64,000 nucleotides of DNA from NCBI GenBank assembly GCA_965645245.1, contig OZ287084.1, positions 992,001-1,056,000 of the forward strand. Direction: 5' to 3'. The stretch is from Massalongia carnosa. Taxonomy: Eukaryota. Positions within the stretch are counted from its first letter, which is position 1. Every line of letters begins with the position of its first letter. Under the pieces are notes generated by a model that saw only the letters and a list, made by a program, of their open reading frames with translations, searched no databases and was not told the DNA's origin. Shown piece after piece: positions 1 through 14,653 of this stretch. The translations under genes were made by a program, and so were the position numbers.

Positions 1-428
1 TAATCTTTCTTGGCGGCATCTGATAACCTTTTATCTCCATGCATTTGCAGTTGGCGTATTGATCTGATGCATTGCAGCTGGCGTTGTATTATAAACTTTC
101 TCTTATAGAGATTTGTGGTTTGGGAATCGGAATTGGATGGGATAGGATGCGAGAACAGGCTTCAGATGGTTTTATTTGTGAACGGGAAGACCATTGAGGG
201 TCAAAAGAGTATATGCATCAGCCCTGTCATTGAGTAGCTAGAACCTTTCTGAAAAACGAGTTATTGGAGTGAAGGGGATGAATCATTCCCTAGTATGTCT
301 GAAGCCTCTGAATGCGTCCTGTATATATCCCTATACTTAGGTAAGGACATAAATGAAGCAGGCTAAATTGTTTCCTCTCTTCCAAGCAAGCAAATCGAAC
401 TCTGAAAGTAATGAGGGATGCTTTCTAT

Positions 429-1982
429 CTACCTTGCTCGCCCGCCTCCGATGTCCTGGCCCAGCTGTAATACACGCATACTTATTAGCGAAGGGGAGTT
501 TTCATCGTGGACCGCTTTAATAGTGCCAGGGTATAGTAGGAAGAAAGGGAAAGACAGTGGCGGTTAAGATGGATAAACCGGCTTCCTCTAGTGAGCAAGA
601 CAAAAGGGGTATAAGCTTATGAGAAAAAGAAAGAACCCCGAAGGAGAATATTAAGAAGAAGCGGCCACGTACCCGATAACCACCAATCTTCTCCCACTCA
701 ACCTTCTGCCTCGTAATTGGCAAGTGCCTCCTGAGCGCCTTAAACTCTCCCTCGCTAAGGCTCGAGAACCCCCGGTTCAGCTGCTCATGGTATTTGTTCT
801 CCGTAGCCGCGATGGTTCTTGCAATCGCGGTAGCGGTTGCGGTGTTCGTCATGGATGAAGAACAAGAAGGAGAAATGGTAGTTGAGGGGAGGGATTTGGA
901 GGTTATAAGGCGGACATTACCGTCTTCGTAGTAGTGAACGTCACAATTTAGGGTTCCAGCGAGGGAAGAAGTCGTAGGGGTGAAGTGATAGGTTGTCCGG
1001 AAACGGCCGTTCCTGTAACATTAGGTTAGAGTTGCTGTGATGGACATTGAGAATTTGTGAGCCGGATAGGGGGAAGGAGGGGGGAACTGATTTCAAGAGA
1101 GAAAGAAGGGAAGGAGAATCACCAGAAATTCGAGGGAGAGTATTTGTTGGCTACGAGGAGAAGAACGATGGTCGAGTCGGAGGATGTGGGAACCACGGCG
1201 ATGGTGGAAGAGGGGTAGTGTTCGCGTGAGTGCGCGGAGAAGGATTTATGGAGATTGGTTCTGTGAGGAAAAAGAAAGGATTTTAGAGAATAATTTGATT
1301 TCTTTCAAGGATTCTTTGCGAGAAAGGGCCAAGAGAAGGATACGGAAGAACTATTTAGACAAGATAGGTGGGAACGTACATGAGGTCGAGATGCTGCGAG
1401 TTCAGGGTGTAAGGCTGCACCGCCGACGCTTTCTGCATTCTATGGTTAACCACTGCTACCGCTTGTCGTTGGGCCGGCCAGGTAGCTCAAATCTTACCTG
1501 GGAGATGTGGTCGAACGCAAAAGAGCTTCTGCTCTCAACATCGTAATACCTACCCTCGCCTAGCGAGTTATACGAACTGACGAGGACCTATACCCCCCAT
1601 TCCTCGTCAGCCCCTGCCAACATGCGATGCTCCCCGACTGCCAAGGCAAACCCATCACTAACGCTTTTGCCACTCCCAGGTAGCTTGACAGTTGTCAACT
1701 GCTCCTCATTGTACCTTTGAAAGGCGGGCCTGGAGGATTCGAGAAGAGTGGGGTCATCAGTGATGAGGGTTTTAACATCTAAAGAGCGCGTTAGTTCCGC
1801 TGGTGATTTTGACTTCAAAGCAGAATCTCAAGATTGGCCTGATATACCTGCTACGACATCGGCGAGCTGGTGGGTTGTAAGATAGGGATCTGCGCTATGA
1901 ATTCTTGGAGGGGAATACCTACCTCGCCAGGTGGTGCGCCTTCCACAAATGCAGAGACGGCTGCGACGTTGGCAGAAGTCAT
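429..1982 (-). CDS. CAP1: F-actin capping protein subunit alpha (multi-exon)
   Basis: Spliced translation: MTSANVAAVSAFVEGAPPGE|LADVV.., DVKTLITDDPTLL..RYNEEQLTTVKLPG, VDVHYYEDGNVRL, ENKYHEQLNRGFSSLSEGEFKALRRHLPITRQKVEWEKIGGYR|LGQDIGGGRAR*. These are typical CapZ-alpha motifs. GT..AG introns. Confidence 0.95.
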
Positions 1983-2311
1983 TTCAAGACTGACTGAATG
2001 CAGTAAGATAGGGCGGCTGCATCTGCCGAACTTGGAAGGAATTTAGGGAGGATGGAAATGAGTAGGAGTTTGGGTGGTACTGCAGCCTTTGCCGATGAGA
2101 TTACAGAGGACCATACACAAGCGCACATTTACACTTCATTATAGTTCAGGCACAGCTTGCATAATTTCACTTGTTTATATAAAGTTTAAGAACATATTCT
2201 TCATATTGAATGTCAGATATACCATTCAGCATAACTGCCATAAAACAAGGGTATCTTGAAATCACAACAAGTCGTACAGAAGCCGCCAGCGTGAAGAAGT
2301 TATCAACAAAT

Positions 2312-4464
2312 TCATTCGATACTCATATTCATCAGCCCGTCATGCGTATCATTCATTCCCTGGAATCCGATTCGCTTCGAATGGCCGGTAGATCCACTTG
2401 CACTGCTGGCACTACCTCCGCTGCTCACTCTTTCGCCGATGATCTGAACGTTGGGAGTTTCTCGGCTGCTCTTTGGCTGTATGCCCCACCACCCACTGTC
2501 TCGTTGGTGCGGCGACTGAGGGAGAATCGGGCTGTTCTGTAGACTCATGCCGGGGGAGACGGCTCGGCGCTTGAAGTAATTAGGGTCAAAATCATCATCC
2601 CGCATACGTTTGTTGCCCTTCCGAGTCAGTTCGACGGAAGCCGATAAGGTTTGAGGCGCGAACGTTTGAGATCCTACTGGTTGATGAGTCTTTAGATGGC
2701 TTTGTTGTGGGGTTGAGGATTGAATCGACGATAGTGGAGTATCCATGCTGACATCGTCACTAATACCGGAAGAACTGCCACGAGGAATCGCGATTGGCGG
2801 TGGGGTCCTCATCCGTTCATCAAAGGTATTCCAGAAGCTCAGACCACCAGAGTTTCTAATCGCATGGCTTGTGAATGTGCTTGAAGAAGAACGTCTGCTT
2901 GCAGACAATTCGCCACTCATTATCAAATCCTCGGCATTGTATTCTAGAGTGTCAGATTGGCTGGGTGCGTCGGTGTGAAGGTTTGGAGAAGATGCCGTAG
3001 TTGTTGGCTGTGAAGGCACCAAACTTGGCTCTCCCTCGGCATCGCTTTCGCGCACCTGTCGAATGACTTCTGCTTCACGGCGGACCTCTGTATCAACAGG
3101 AGCACCTTCTTCTTGAAGTGCAGCTTGAATCCGTGCGAAGTTCTTTGATTTTGGCTAAAAATAAGAGCCAGTTAACGGTTGTCAAAGAATAGCACAAACA
3201 AGTCCCTTTGGAATCGAATGAGATGTATACGTACCAACATGTTGCCTCTTCTGTTCACCGCCCTCTTTATGACATTTCTACGTCCGTCGATGGTTGGCGT
3301 CACGGGTGTAGGCACGCTGTTATAATCGTTAGGGCTTGCCCGAGCATTCTCAGCCCCATCGCTTCCCTCGCAGTCAGAAAGCTGAAGATCGTTAGTGCCA
3401 AGGCTCAAACTCTGTCGTCTTGAATCCATATTCTTCTTCGTGGGTTCCCTTGATAAAAAGGCCCCGCCTAAACTGCTCTCAATACTTTTAAGAAGGGGTG
3501 ATGATGGCGGTCCAGGGCCATGCATTAAACTCTGGGCACTGGCGCTAGAACTCTTCCTACTTCGTTCTTTCTTATTGAATCGAGCGCGTTGGAAACTCAT
3601 CAACTTAGCCGCAGCAGGTGAAAACCCACCTATACCGTCACCACCTGGGCTCGATATTATAGCCGAACCAAAAGGATTCATCGTTCCATTCCCAGCCTTA
3701 TAAGCCTGAGGCGTCATGTGAATCGTATCTTCATCTTCATCATGACACATCATATCATCATCATCGGACGAGGTACTACCAGAATCATAATCCATCAAAT
3801 TTGCACTTCCAACGGAGCTTGATATTGCCGATTTGTCCGTACATGCCATGGTAGACCAGAGCGAATTTAGTACGCTACCCGGGGAATCTGGAATATTTGC
3901 AATATTTAATGGGTTGAAAAGACTTTTGCGTGGTATCATTATGCCCCGGCCACCTATAGTAGGCGATGAATCAGGCGAGGATTGTTCCGCGAGAGTGGAA
4001 TGATGCAGATTTGTGCAGGCCCGGGAAAAATCCAAGCCCCGCGACCGACGAGGGAGAACAGACGACGGAGTTGCATAGGTGGTCGACGAGTCGAGTATTG
4101 GTGACAAAGGCACGCGCTTGGTTAAATTAGCCGTGCTTGTGCTGCTGATATCCCTCGGTGGCATCTGCAAACTTAGACCACGATTAAGGACATTCGGTCG
4201 TCTGGGTGTGACTGGACTTGGAGAAAGATGAATGTCATCCTTGGATCTTGGCAAGGGCTCTGTGATTGATGGAGAGGGCGAGAGTACGGATCTGATTTCA
4301 TGCGAAGAGCGCGGTCTTGCTTTTGGGGTATCTAGTCCATAGATCGAAGCGTCGTATCCGTGGCTTCCGTTTTGAACGTTGTGAGGTTCCTGTCCTGTTT
4401 GGAGATAGCTGGGTAATTGACTTCGCGGCGCTTTCACACGCGCAGTAAGTTCCTCATCTGCCAT
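2312..4464 (-). CDS. Conserved fungal hypothetical Ser-rich protein (2 exons)
   Basis: ORFs 3172..4590 and 2312..3055 join via an intron at ~3155-3233 (RRGNML|PKSKNFARIQAALQEEGAPVDTEVRREAEVIRQVRE). Probable ATG at 4464. Contains LPRRSRGLDFSRACTNLHHSTLAE and FKRRAVSPGMS blocks. Confidence 0.75.
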
Positions 4465-4754
4465 GAAATCGCAATTTAAGGCGCCTTTCAAGCCAAGAGC
4501 ATGAAGAGAAATCAAGATATATAAAAGGCTACAATATGGGCATGGATTTACACATGGAAATTTTTTCTTGAGAAGGGCTGTGCACTGCAATATTCTCCTA
4601 GACGCGGGAATTTGTTCTTTTGTAGGCGCTAGTTATTTATACATAGCCGCGTTACATACCAAGTTAACGCCGAATACTTTTCGCATATAAACGTAGTTCT
4701 GCCAATTCGGCTATGGATACCACACGGATTTTCTGATCGGAAGCACTAGGATCA

Positions 4755-6386
4755 ATGGAGAGCATAGACGATATACCATGTCTCATCTCTACTCAGAAAA
4801 CCTTGGTTGATTTTCTGTCGCACGAATCCAATGCTCCAATAAACCCTAACATCTCTGTTCTAAAGAATGCTGAATCAAGCCTTCATTGGACTCTTCCAAA
4901 TTACGGCCTTGGTGTAATGGAGACTACAAACCACTTGCTTGAAAAAATCGCCCCTGCACTGAACCAAGCAAGCCTTTCGCCCAATTATTATGGCTTTGTG
5001 ACCGGTGGCCTGTCTCCGGCAGCTCGAGTAGCCGATAGCGTGGTTTCATTCTATGACCAGAATGTGCAAGTCCACCTACCAGACCAGACAATCGCTACTA
5101 CTGTAGAAGATAGAGCCTTGGTGCTGTTGATGGATCTTCTGCAGTTTGATAGCAAGAATTGGCCTGGGAGAACGTTTACCACGGGGGCCACAAGTAGCAA
5201 TGTTTTAGGTCTAGCTTGTGCCCGGGAACATGTCATTAATCTAGCTGTAAAGCGACGAAGACAGGCATCCGATGGCCAAAGCACTGAAACACTCGAGACT
5301 GTCGGAGAGAGCGGGTTAAATGCAGCTTGCCGTGCTGCAGGCATTGACGAAGTCCAAATTCTGACTACTTTTCCTCATTCTTCGTTAAAAAAGGCTTCTA
5401 GTGTCCTTGGCTTTGGCCGCTCCTCTGTTCAAGACGTTGGGAAAGTGCAAGATTTCCTAGCGTTTGATCTAGAAAAAACCGAAGCGATGCTGAAGCGTAA
5501 AAACACATCCTCCATTCTGGTTATTTCCTGTGGTGAAGTCAACACTGGATTCTTCGCCACTCATAGCGTGAAGGAGGTCGAAGCCTTGAGGTCGCTCTGC
5601 GATGAGTACGGTGCTTGGATACACGTTGACGCAGGTGATTTTTGTGTCCTTCAAGTTCGTGCTCTAAGGTTCTTTCTCATGGAAGCTAACTAGACTTTCC
5701 GCATAGCTTTTGGTTTGTTTGCCAGGCTTCTTGAAAGGTCGCCAGGTTTTGAAAATATCTATAGTGGCACCGTGGGGTTGGAGTTGGCAGACTCAATTAC
5801 CGGCGACGGACACAAGCTCTTGAACGTGCCGTACGATTGTGGATTCTTCTTTTGTCGTCATGAAAATCTCGCTCAACAAGTCTTTCAGAATCCTAGCGCG
5901 GCTTACCTTAGTTCAGGTGATGCAAGTCCCGAGGCTATTCCATCGCCGCTTAATGTTGGCATGGAAAATTCTCGACGCTTTAGAGGGCTGCCTGTCTATG
6001 CTACGCTTATCTCTTATGGCCGCATCGGCTACAGAGAGATGCTGGAAAGACAGATCCGGTTAGCTCGTGGCGTTGCTGCATACCTTCTCCAGCATCCGGC
6101 TTTTGAGCTCTTGCCGATACGTACCGCTAAGCATGCCAACATTGAGCCAGAAATTTTCATCGTTGTTCTATTCCGGGCTAAAGACCCAATGCTGAACCTT
6201 GAGCTTGTACAAAGAATCAATACGACATCCAAGATATATGTATCAGGGACTATATGGAATTACCAGGCGGCAAGCCGCATTGCAGTTTCCAATTGGCAAG
6301 CGGATCTGGAACGTGATCTTAAGATAATTAAATCTGTACTTGAAAAGATTTTAGACGATTGGATACGGGAGCATCCAATCACATAA
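4755..6386 (+). CDS. Group II pyridoxal-phosphate-dependent decarboxylase (aromatic amino acid/glutamate decarboxylase family)
   Basis: WIHVDA|AFG across an intron at ~5635-5707; ADSITGDGHKLLNVPYDCG (PLP lysine motif); ENSRRFRGLPVY. Confidence 0.9.
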
Positions 6387-6501
6387 TCGGCATGAAGAAA
6401 CATACCTTATGAAAACTCCAATCTTCGCACTTAACAAAGCACACCAGAACTTTTTGAATTCGCAGGCAGGGCTCAATAGAACATGCACATATGGTGTATC
6501 A

Positions 6502-8917
6502 TTAACGGCGTCTATGAGCACCTCCAGTCTCACCGCTTCGATCCGTCATGCTAACCACCTCCCCAATTCCTGCCTCCTCTTGTTCATCCTCGAGTGCTGT
6601 AATCTCCTCTCTACAGTCCCACCATGTAGTCTCCGCTAGTTCAAACGCAACCTTCCTTAATTCTTTGACCGATCGATCAATCGAGCCATCTTTTTGACGC
6701 AGGCTCTCCAGCACCAGCTCCTGCCACGGACTCGTAGTCCTTGCAAAGAAATCTCGCAAAATCTCAAATGGCCTTGGGTGGGGGCGATCGTCGGTTTCTT
6801 TGGGTTCTAGCTCTTCCTCGACTTCTAGAGCTTGCTCGGGTACAGGAGTCTCCTTGACGGTTATAGATGCCCCGGTCTCGGATGGAGGCAGTAGGACACC
6901 CATAGAAGTGTCTCCGTCCATATCATCTTCTTCAGAATCATCCTCATCGTTGCTATCTAGCTCACTTTCTTCCCCCTCGCTACCCTGCCAGTTCTCCAAC
7001 TCTCTTCTGTAAATCTCTTGCACCCCATCAAGTTTTCCAAGGTCAATTGCCCACATCTCGTCGAAGGTGTATTCTCGATCATCATGTTCATATGTTCCGC
7101 CAAAAATGTACAGCACGTCGTCCTGCACCGCTAGCTGCGCGTTGAACCGTGGATGTGGCATATTCATGAGTATCGGCTTTACGAGTTTTACCGGATCAAC
7201 ATCGATATCCATTGCAACGCCCCTATCCGTGGGTTCCGCTACCGCAAGCGACCCTTTGGTTTCCAGCGCCGCCAAGTTTCGTAGAAGTTCCGCCTCATCT
7301 GCTTTCCCTCTACCTCTCCTTGCCCCACCGCGATCTTCCGCGGGTTTTCTGGGAGCGGCCCTGGCACGCCTTAATGTCAGCTGGAAATATCGATTTCGTT
7401 CGATGTTCCATGCAAAAAGCGTGTCGAAAAACTCGCTATCGATTCCTTCTTCGCTTTCCTCCACGTCGTGCACACCACCAAATAAGATACCACGGCCTTT
7501 ATGGTAAGCCATCGTGGCTCCCGCTCGTGGTGGATTTGGTGCATTCGCCGGTTTCTTTCGGCGCTCCCACCGTACGGCCAGGGGACTTGTTAGGGGACTT
7601 GTTCCTGCCGCATCGGACGGGGGCTGCGAGATCCGTAGGAACCATGTGTCTTGATGGACGGTAGGCTTAAAGATAGACCGAAGACCTTGATTTCTCCCCT
7701 TATTCTGCTTTCCTGCCAGTATGGTAGACTTTATACGTGAATAGCCACCGCATATGACAGCCCCTGCTTCATGGGGATGAAACGAGAATGACGACCGAGC
7801 ATCAGGTTTCTGGGTGGCTGGAGGCTGCGTTGGGTTATGCCAAACGAAGTTTTGACAGTCATATATCCATAGATCCTGAAGGTACTTTGTCTGCTGGGAA
7901 GTGTCTTGAAACCCTCCAAACAACAGGATATAATTCTGAGTGAGCCGTTAGACAACCGTATGAGAATATTCAATGATAACAGCTTGCCTTAAAATAAGTC
8001 ATTCGATGCCCACTTCTTGCAGGCGGCCCTTGACCTTTGCATTCGATTCTCGTCCACTCTCTGGACGAAGTATCTAGCCTCCAAAAATCATTATAGTGGT
8101 AAAAGGTACCCTGTTTGGGAGATGAAAATTCTCCTATTGACAGCGCTATAAGTCATCATAGATTTATCGAGAGTTCAACAGGCTAAGAAAGCCACGGCGT
8201 ACCCCCAAACAGGTAAATGCCTCCAGAGTTCCCCCCTCGACACCAAGCATGACCGCTCCTAGGTAATGGGCTATTCGGACTCGTCACCTTTCGCCATTCA
8301 TCTTTGTCAATAAGATATATGTAGAGATCATTATAAAATGTAGCAAGAGCTCCGTTGAAGTATTCGCCCCCGAAAAGAAATAGTTCCTTGCTACTTGAAG
8401 GAGACCCAATCAACGTAGCTGATGAACGCGGGGATGGCGGCTCACAGAATATCTCGGTGACTTTCAGGAATTGCGCTTGCTATGAATTCGTAACGTCAGT
8501 GGTATCTTGCAAGTCTTATTATTCGTAATATTCCAGTGTAGTTCAATGTATAAGGAATGCAACGAAGGTTTTTCATGCTGTCTTGCATAGCTTTAGAAGA
8601 GATATTGAAGACGCAGTCCAAGTAATGATCGATTACCTTAACTCTAAAGCTAAAGCCCAATTATCTGGAAAAAGGAACAATTTAGGAAACAAGGGAGGGA
8701 AAGTGTTTTTGTGGAGAACATAGTCATGAAGCATATCATAACAAACCTTATTCGCGTACTCCTCGAGAACGGACTCTATATCAATATCCTCTTCATCACT
8801 ATCATCTGTCCCTTTTGACTTTATCTTTTTATCTTTTTGGGCTGCTTTCTTGTTCTGTTTCACAGCAACACGGGCCTTGTGCTCGGCGGTTTTGGTTTTT
8901 TTGTCTTTCTTTCCCAT
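6502..8917 (-). CDS. KEL3: Kelch repeat protein, KEL3/KLHDC4-like (multi-exon)
   Basis: Basic N-terminus MGKKDKKTK; kelch blades LFLFGGEYFNG, PRSGH, LFGGFQDT..YLQDLWIYD, YIFGGTYE; acidic stretch; C-terminal PHPRPFEILRDFFART domain. Confidence 0.85.
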
Positions 8918-9176
8918 GACTGAATCTTCTCTGGTTAAGTCTTATTCGACTTCGAGTTATCAGAAGTGATGAGATTATTAGGGTTCGGTACATCCTCGGG
9001 ATATAATGACGGTGGCAACAAGGATGTGATCACGCGATCACGTGAAATTATCCTTACAAGTCGCGTCCCACTCACGTCTCAGTAGAACCGTAAGTCCATC
9101 GAAGGTGTTGGATACTAAATCGTTCTTCCTCGATTTTCAATGGCTGCTTCTTGTCAAGTGGTCGTCCCCGGATCTC

Positions 9177-12100
9177 ATGACGGTCCATAATCTTAAAGAA
9201 CATTTAAAATGGCTTGTTACCTCCAACCCTGTTAAACCACCCCCTCTAGGTCTCACAGCTTCTTCCGCCGAAGCTGGCAATACAGGTACTGTTGTGGATG
9301 GAATACCCTATGCACCGAACCTTCAAGTGGAAAATATTGTGCCCGATGTCCGGGCAAATGAAGTGGATCATCACAATTTTAGAGAGAGCCAGCCAGAAAT
9401 TCCAAGTCCTTTATCTCATTCAACAAGCTACGCGGAAACTGGCATTATGGCACGACTGCAATCAGCACCCAGGTCTGGGACCAAGTCACGACTATTAAGT
9501 CAAATGATGACAGCTCCATTACGAACACCCAGAGCTTCACAGAGCCAGACGCCTAGTGCCTCGCTCCAGAATCGATTCGACCAAGGAACTTCAGGTATTT
9601 TTCCTTATACAAAAGCTCTTTCGAACTGCTCAGCTGATCATTCAGGCCGCCCAAGGACTGTCAAGGCTGTGGAGCAGAAAAAGTACCAGTTACAAACTCC
9701 AGCAACCTCTACAGCAAGAGAACGACTTATTAGTACTGGCACCTCAGTTGACCTATCCGGGGAAGTAGAACTGCAAAATTCTTCAAGCGCTGAGGAAGTA
9801 TTTGGCGAGTCCCGACAAATATGGAGAGAGGACAGCGCAGCCCGCAAGGAGCCTTTAAGCAAAATAGGTAAGAAGAGGAAAAGCGAGGAACTCGAGGTGG
9901 GGGTAGTCGATGGTATCCATACGCCACATCTATCTCAAAGTAGCTTCATTGCTGTCGACGCATATCCAGACGAAGCTCCACCACCATACTCTAGAATATT
10001 CCCAGAATCATTCCCTCCAAACTCCAGGACGACGGATCAAAGCTCAAGTCAACGTATTAGGCCAGAAACTCATAAAACAAATTTAAATCAATCCAGCCCA
10101 CCCAGTAAAAGAACTAAGCATGTTCCAAAAAATCCACAAACTCCGCGTCGAGAGGCCATGCCACTATTGCGAGAGCTACGCCAAGCAGGTCTGAATGTTC
10201 CAGTTGAGTCCAGATATGCTAAATCTGTATTTTGTGGTGAAGCTGTTAAGCCAGAAAACACCATCGCAGACTCAGAAGACGAGGGCTCAGAGGTGGAACT
10301 CGAAGAATCCGCTGAAGCCCCAAACATGGATGATGTAATTACTGTTAAAGAAGATATTGGCGAAACTATCTACCCCGTGCTGCCCAAGATTGCGGCTACG
10401 ACTGGGATGAATCCAAGCCGTGTAAGATTCGAGACTGGACGTGCACTTGATACGGCTACTACTAAGGCTGAGCTCAATCCTAGCGCATCTTGTTTTACAA
10501 GGACCTCAAGTGACCCGTCTCCTTTCCAACACGATTCGCCAACCAAATTGGCTTCCGAGCAGGTTCGACAGCAGCACAAATCATCTGATTCGTTGGGTAA
10601 TATAGCACGAGGACTTACAAATAAGGAGCGGGATTCAGTCAACTGCTTTATGAACCTACCACCTTACTGTGTTGAGAATTACCGTGGTAGTCTACACCTT
10701 GCTCGTACCTCCAACGCCGAGAAACTATATATCTGTCTCGTCGAAGGAGGTATAGGTAGCCCCGAAATGCAGCAAGAAAGCGCATCTCTAAAAGTTAAGA
10801 TTGATGCTTTGGATATTCTAATTAGGCTCAAGAATGATTATGTCAAAGTTAACCGACACAAGGAGGAGTTGAAAAGACGGATCATTACAGCAATCCAAGA
10901 TGATCAAGATTTATCGACATACGCTCAGGATTTGGCTAAGAGTAAAGCTATTGCGGAAGATCTCTTAAAAATCGAGCTACAGATATCAAATTCTTTGGCT
11001 AAGGCTGCTCTTCCTCTGACAGATGCTCAGCCGCTGTCTTACAGCCACGCTTCGAAAATTCCTGATTCCACCGACAATTCCGATAAACGATCAACGCTTC
11101 TGGTACAAGCTACGCAGAATCCTCAACAATACCAAAATCTCCGTGCTCCTGAGAAACGGGTGTCATTGGCACATGCCCCAGCGACGACCCAATATGTTCA
11201 GCAAACGCAGGTTCTAGATACTAGTCCTCGCACTCCAAAGAAACTGGCGCAAACAAATTTCTCGCAAATTCAGAGGAGCCCTCTTCGTACTTATACTTCT
11301 TCACCACGGACGAAAGACGTAAATGCGTATTTTTCTCCATCCAAGCGGAAACCGCGATTCGAAGAGCCCGTTACTGACGCCAAGACTCGTCAACGTCTAG
11401 ACATTGACATGGTTAAGCCTTCAATTGGCTCTCAGCCAAAGCATTCCCATCAAATTGTAGAAGAATACGATCTGGAGGAAGAAACATTTTCCGCTAATAT
11501 GGCTAGCCCTCTCCAGGCATTCGTAGACGAAGACGACTATGGACACGATGTAGATGACGAAGAAATGCTTGAAGTAACAGAGGAGTTTGAGAGTCGTAGC
11601 CTTCTACCATCTGCTGGATATGGCGCGGAACGACGTCAAGTCTTCGCTGAAACGACTGGGAACGTTATTCGGCTAGAAAAACCAAAGTCTCGTTCTTCGC
11701 AAACCAATGCAGCCGCTCAGGCTTCTCATATGCAGCATGTATGGTCGCGAGATGTCAAAGCGGCAATGAAAGAACGGTTTCACCTACGCGGGTTTCGCCC
11801 AAACCAGCTAGAAGCCATAAACGCTACATTAAGTGGCAAGGATACATTCGTCCTAATGCCCACTGGTGGAGGAAAGTCTCTGTGCTATCAATTACCGTCC
11901 ATCATAAAATCAGGCAAGACACGTGGAGTCACCGTGGTGATATCTCCACTTCTTAGCCTAATGCAAGACCAGGTTGCTCACCTTCAAAACCTCAAGATTC
12001 AGGCGCTTCTTATTAACAGCGAGGTGACTACGGAACATCGAAGACTTGTAATGGAAAGCCTTCGAGACCCTCAAGTAGAGAAATATATCCAGCTTCTCTA

Positions 12101-14653
12101 CATCACGCCAGAAATGCTTAGCAAAAGCCAGGCGATTATAAGCGCGTTTCGTGACCTATACCAGCGGCAGAAGCTGGCCAGAATTGTCATTGATGAAGCC
12201 CATTGTGTTAGCCAGTGGGGTCACGACTTTCGGCCAGACTATAAGCTTCTAGGACAGGTTCGAGGCCAGTTCAAAGGGGTTCCAGTTATGGCATTGACTG
12301 CTACTGCCACCGAAAACGTCAAAGTCGATGTGATCCACAATCTCGGAATCGAGAATTGCGAGGTTCTCACACAGAGTTTCAACCGCCCAAACCTAACTTA
12401 CGATGTACGGAGCAAAGGGAAGGGAAAGGAAGTACTGGATGATATCGTTACCACAATTAAAACCCTTTATAAAAACCAATCTGGCATTATCTACTGTCTT
12501 TCTCGTAAAAACTGCGAGAGCATTGCGGAAAAGCTTCGAAATGAGCACCACATTATGGCCTATCATTATCATGCTGGCATGGATCCTGGGGAAAAAACAT
12601 CAGTTCAGAAGCAGTGGCAAGCGGGCATATATCACGTCATTGTGGCTACTATCGCATTTGGTATGGGCATCGATAAGCCTGATGTGCGTTTTGTCATTCA
12701 TCATACAATACCAAAAAGCTTGGAAGGTTATTACCAAGAGACAGGCCGTGCAGGACGGGATGGCAAGCGTTCCGGGTGCTACTTGTACTACGGATATCAA
12801 GACATAAATGCCCTGAAACGGATGATAGATGACGGAGAAGGAAGCTGGGAACAGAAAGAGCGACAGCGCCAAATGCTAAGAAATATGTTTAGTTTTTGCG
12901 AAAACAGAAGCGATTGTCGAAGGGTGCAAGTTTTGAACTATTTTAATGAATCTTACAACCGGGAAGATTGCAACGGAGCATGCGATAATTGCAATTCAAA
13001 ATGCAGTTTTGAAAGCCAAGATTTTAGTAAGTTCGCCATAGCTGCAATTACCCTTGTAAAAAAGATAGAGCAAGATAGTGTGACTCTGCTGCATTGCGTG
13101 GACGTATTCCGAGGGGGCAAGACCAAAAAGATAACAAGTCTAAAACATTCTATTTTGGAAGAGTACGGGGCTGGCTCACAACTGGAAAGAGGGGACGTCG
13201 AACGACTTTTTTATCGACTCCTTAGCGAAGATGCTCTAGCAGAAGAAAACAAGGTCAACAAGGGAGGCTTTGCTACGAATTACCTACACGTAGGTATTGG
13301 AGATCGTATTATACCCTAAATGCTTGCTGATGCCGGCCGTCTAGCTCGGTAAAAACTGGGGTGACTTTATCAAAGGTCGAAGGAAGGTAAAGATACAGAT
13401 ACGTGTTTCGCCAAACGGCAAGAAAACGGCTTCGAAACAGCCTATTAAAAATAGAGGCACTGGAGTGGCCGCATCGAAACAAGAAAACCCTTTATCAACT
13501 AATATTTCTTCACCTATCCAAGCAGCTTCTCGGCGCCGGATCGCTCAATATAGCAGAACTGCTCCTGCAGCTAATTTAAGCTTAAACGGCTACACTCGTG
13601 ACGGTTTTGTGATTAGTGACAGAGACGCTGATTCTTTGGACGAACTAAACGCCGACTCCGAGGATGCGTTTGAGGATGTTCGCGAAGCTGGGAAACCACG
13701 TAAATCGAAGAAGAGGGATTTAGGGCCGCCCATCACGATTGACAAAAAACTTGAAAGATTGAATCCAACGCATAGAATGGTAGTAGAAGACTTTATAATT
13801 CAGGCAAAGCAAGAAAGCGCACATGTTCGTCTCTGACCGAAAAGGGTTTCTTCCATTCATATGATCAAGACATCTTGGCTGACTATCCGCAGATCCTGAT
13901 ATCCAGGAATCTCAGGGCACACCCTTTCACCGATACTGTCCTCCGAGAAATGGCAATTAACTTCCCAAAAGGTAAGCGAAACATTTGTACTATTAACTGG
14001 TCCACCTACTTATGGGAATTTAGATGAAAGGGAAATGCTAGAGATCCCAGGTATCGATCCCGACAAGGTCCAGCGTTACTGTAAAAGGTTTCTGAAGCTC
14101 ATCCGGCATTCTCAACAAGGCTATGAAGCCATGATGCAGCAACAAGAAGACCATCCGCAAGATCCCAACCATGAAAACGTCATTATCATCAGTAGCGAAG
14201 ATGAGTCTGCGGATGATGATCAACAGGACGACCCTGGAGACGAGAATGGCTCCCAAGAGGAGCGAAGCGCATATTTCCAGGCTGCACCTGAAGTAGATGC
14301 TTTCAATGCACGATGTAGGTCTTATGCCAGACCTTGTGCGTCATGATGTCTCTGATGGTATCTGGGTAGTCTCACAACTTCAAAGTGTGGCTGCTGCACC
14401 GCCTCATGCGCAATCGCAACCCCAGGAATTCAAGGGCCGCACTTTAGGTCGAGGCAGTAGCGGCCGGGGTAGATACAAGCGGTACTCGCGAAAACTCTCT
14501 GCCGGAGCCGCCCAGAGCAAGGCACCAGCAAAGTATACGAAGAACCAGCTAGCAAATGGCAGAACAAGCGATAACTACTCGGGCGGAGGTTCGTCTAGAC
14601 AGGGCAAAGGTGGTCAGGGATTTGGAGGGGGGATCGGCATGATGCCAATATGA
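9177..14653 (+). CDS. SGS1: RecQ-family DNA helicase (Sgs1/BLM orthologue; multi-exon at the 3' end)
   Basis: FRPNQLEAIN, MPTGGGKSLCYQLP, DEAHCVSQWGHDFRPDY, ATIAFGMGIDKPDVRFV, YYQETGRAGRDG, Zn-binding CRR..CDNC, RQC and HRDC-like (IPGID) region. Start MTVHNLKEHLKWL at 9177. Confidence 0.95.
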
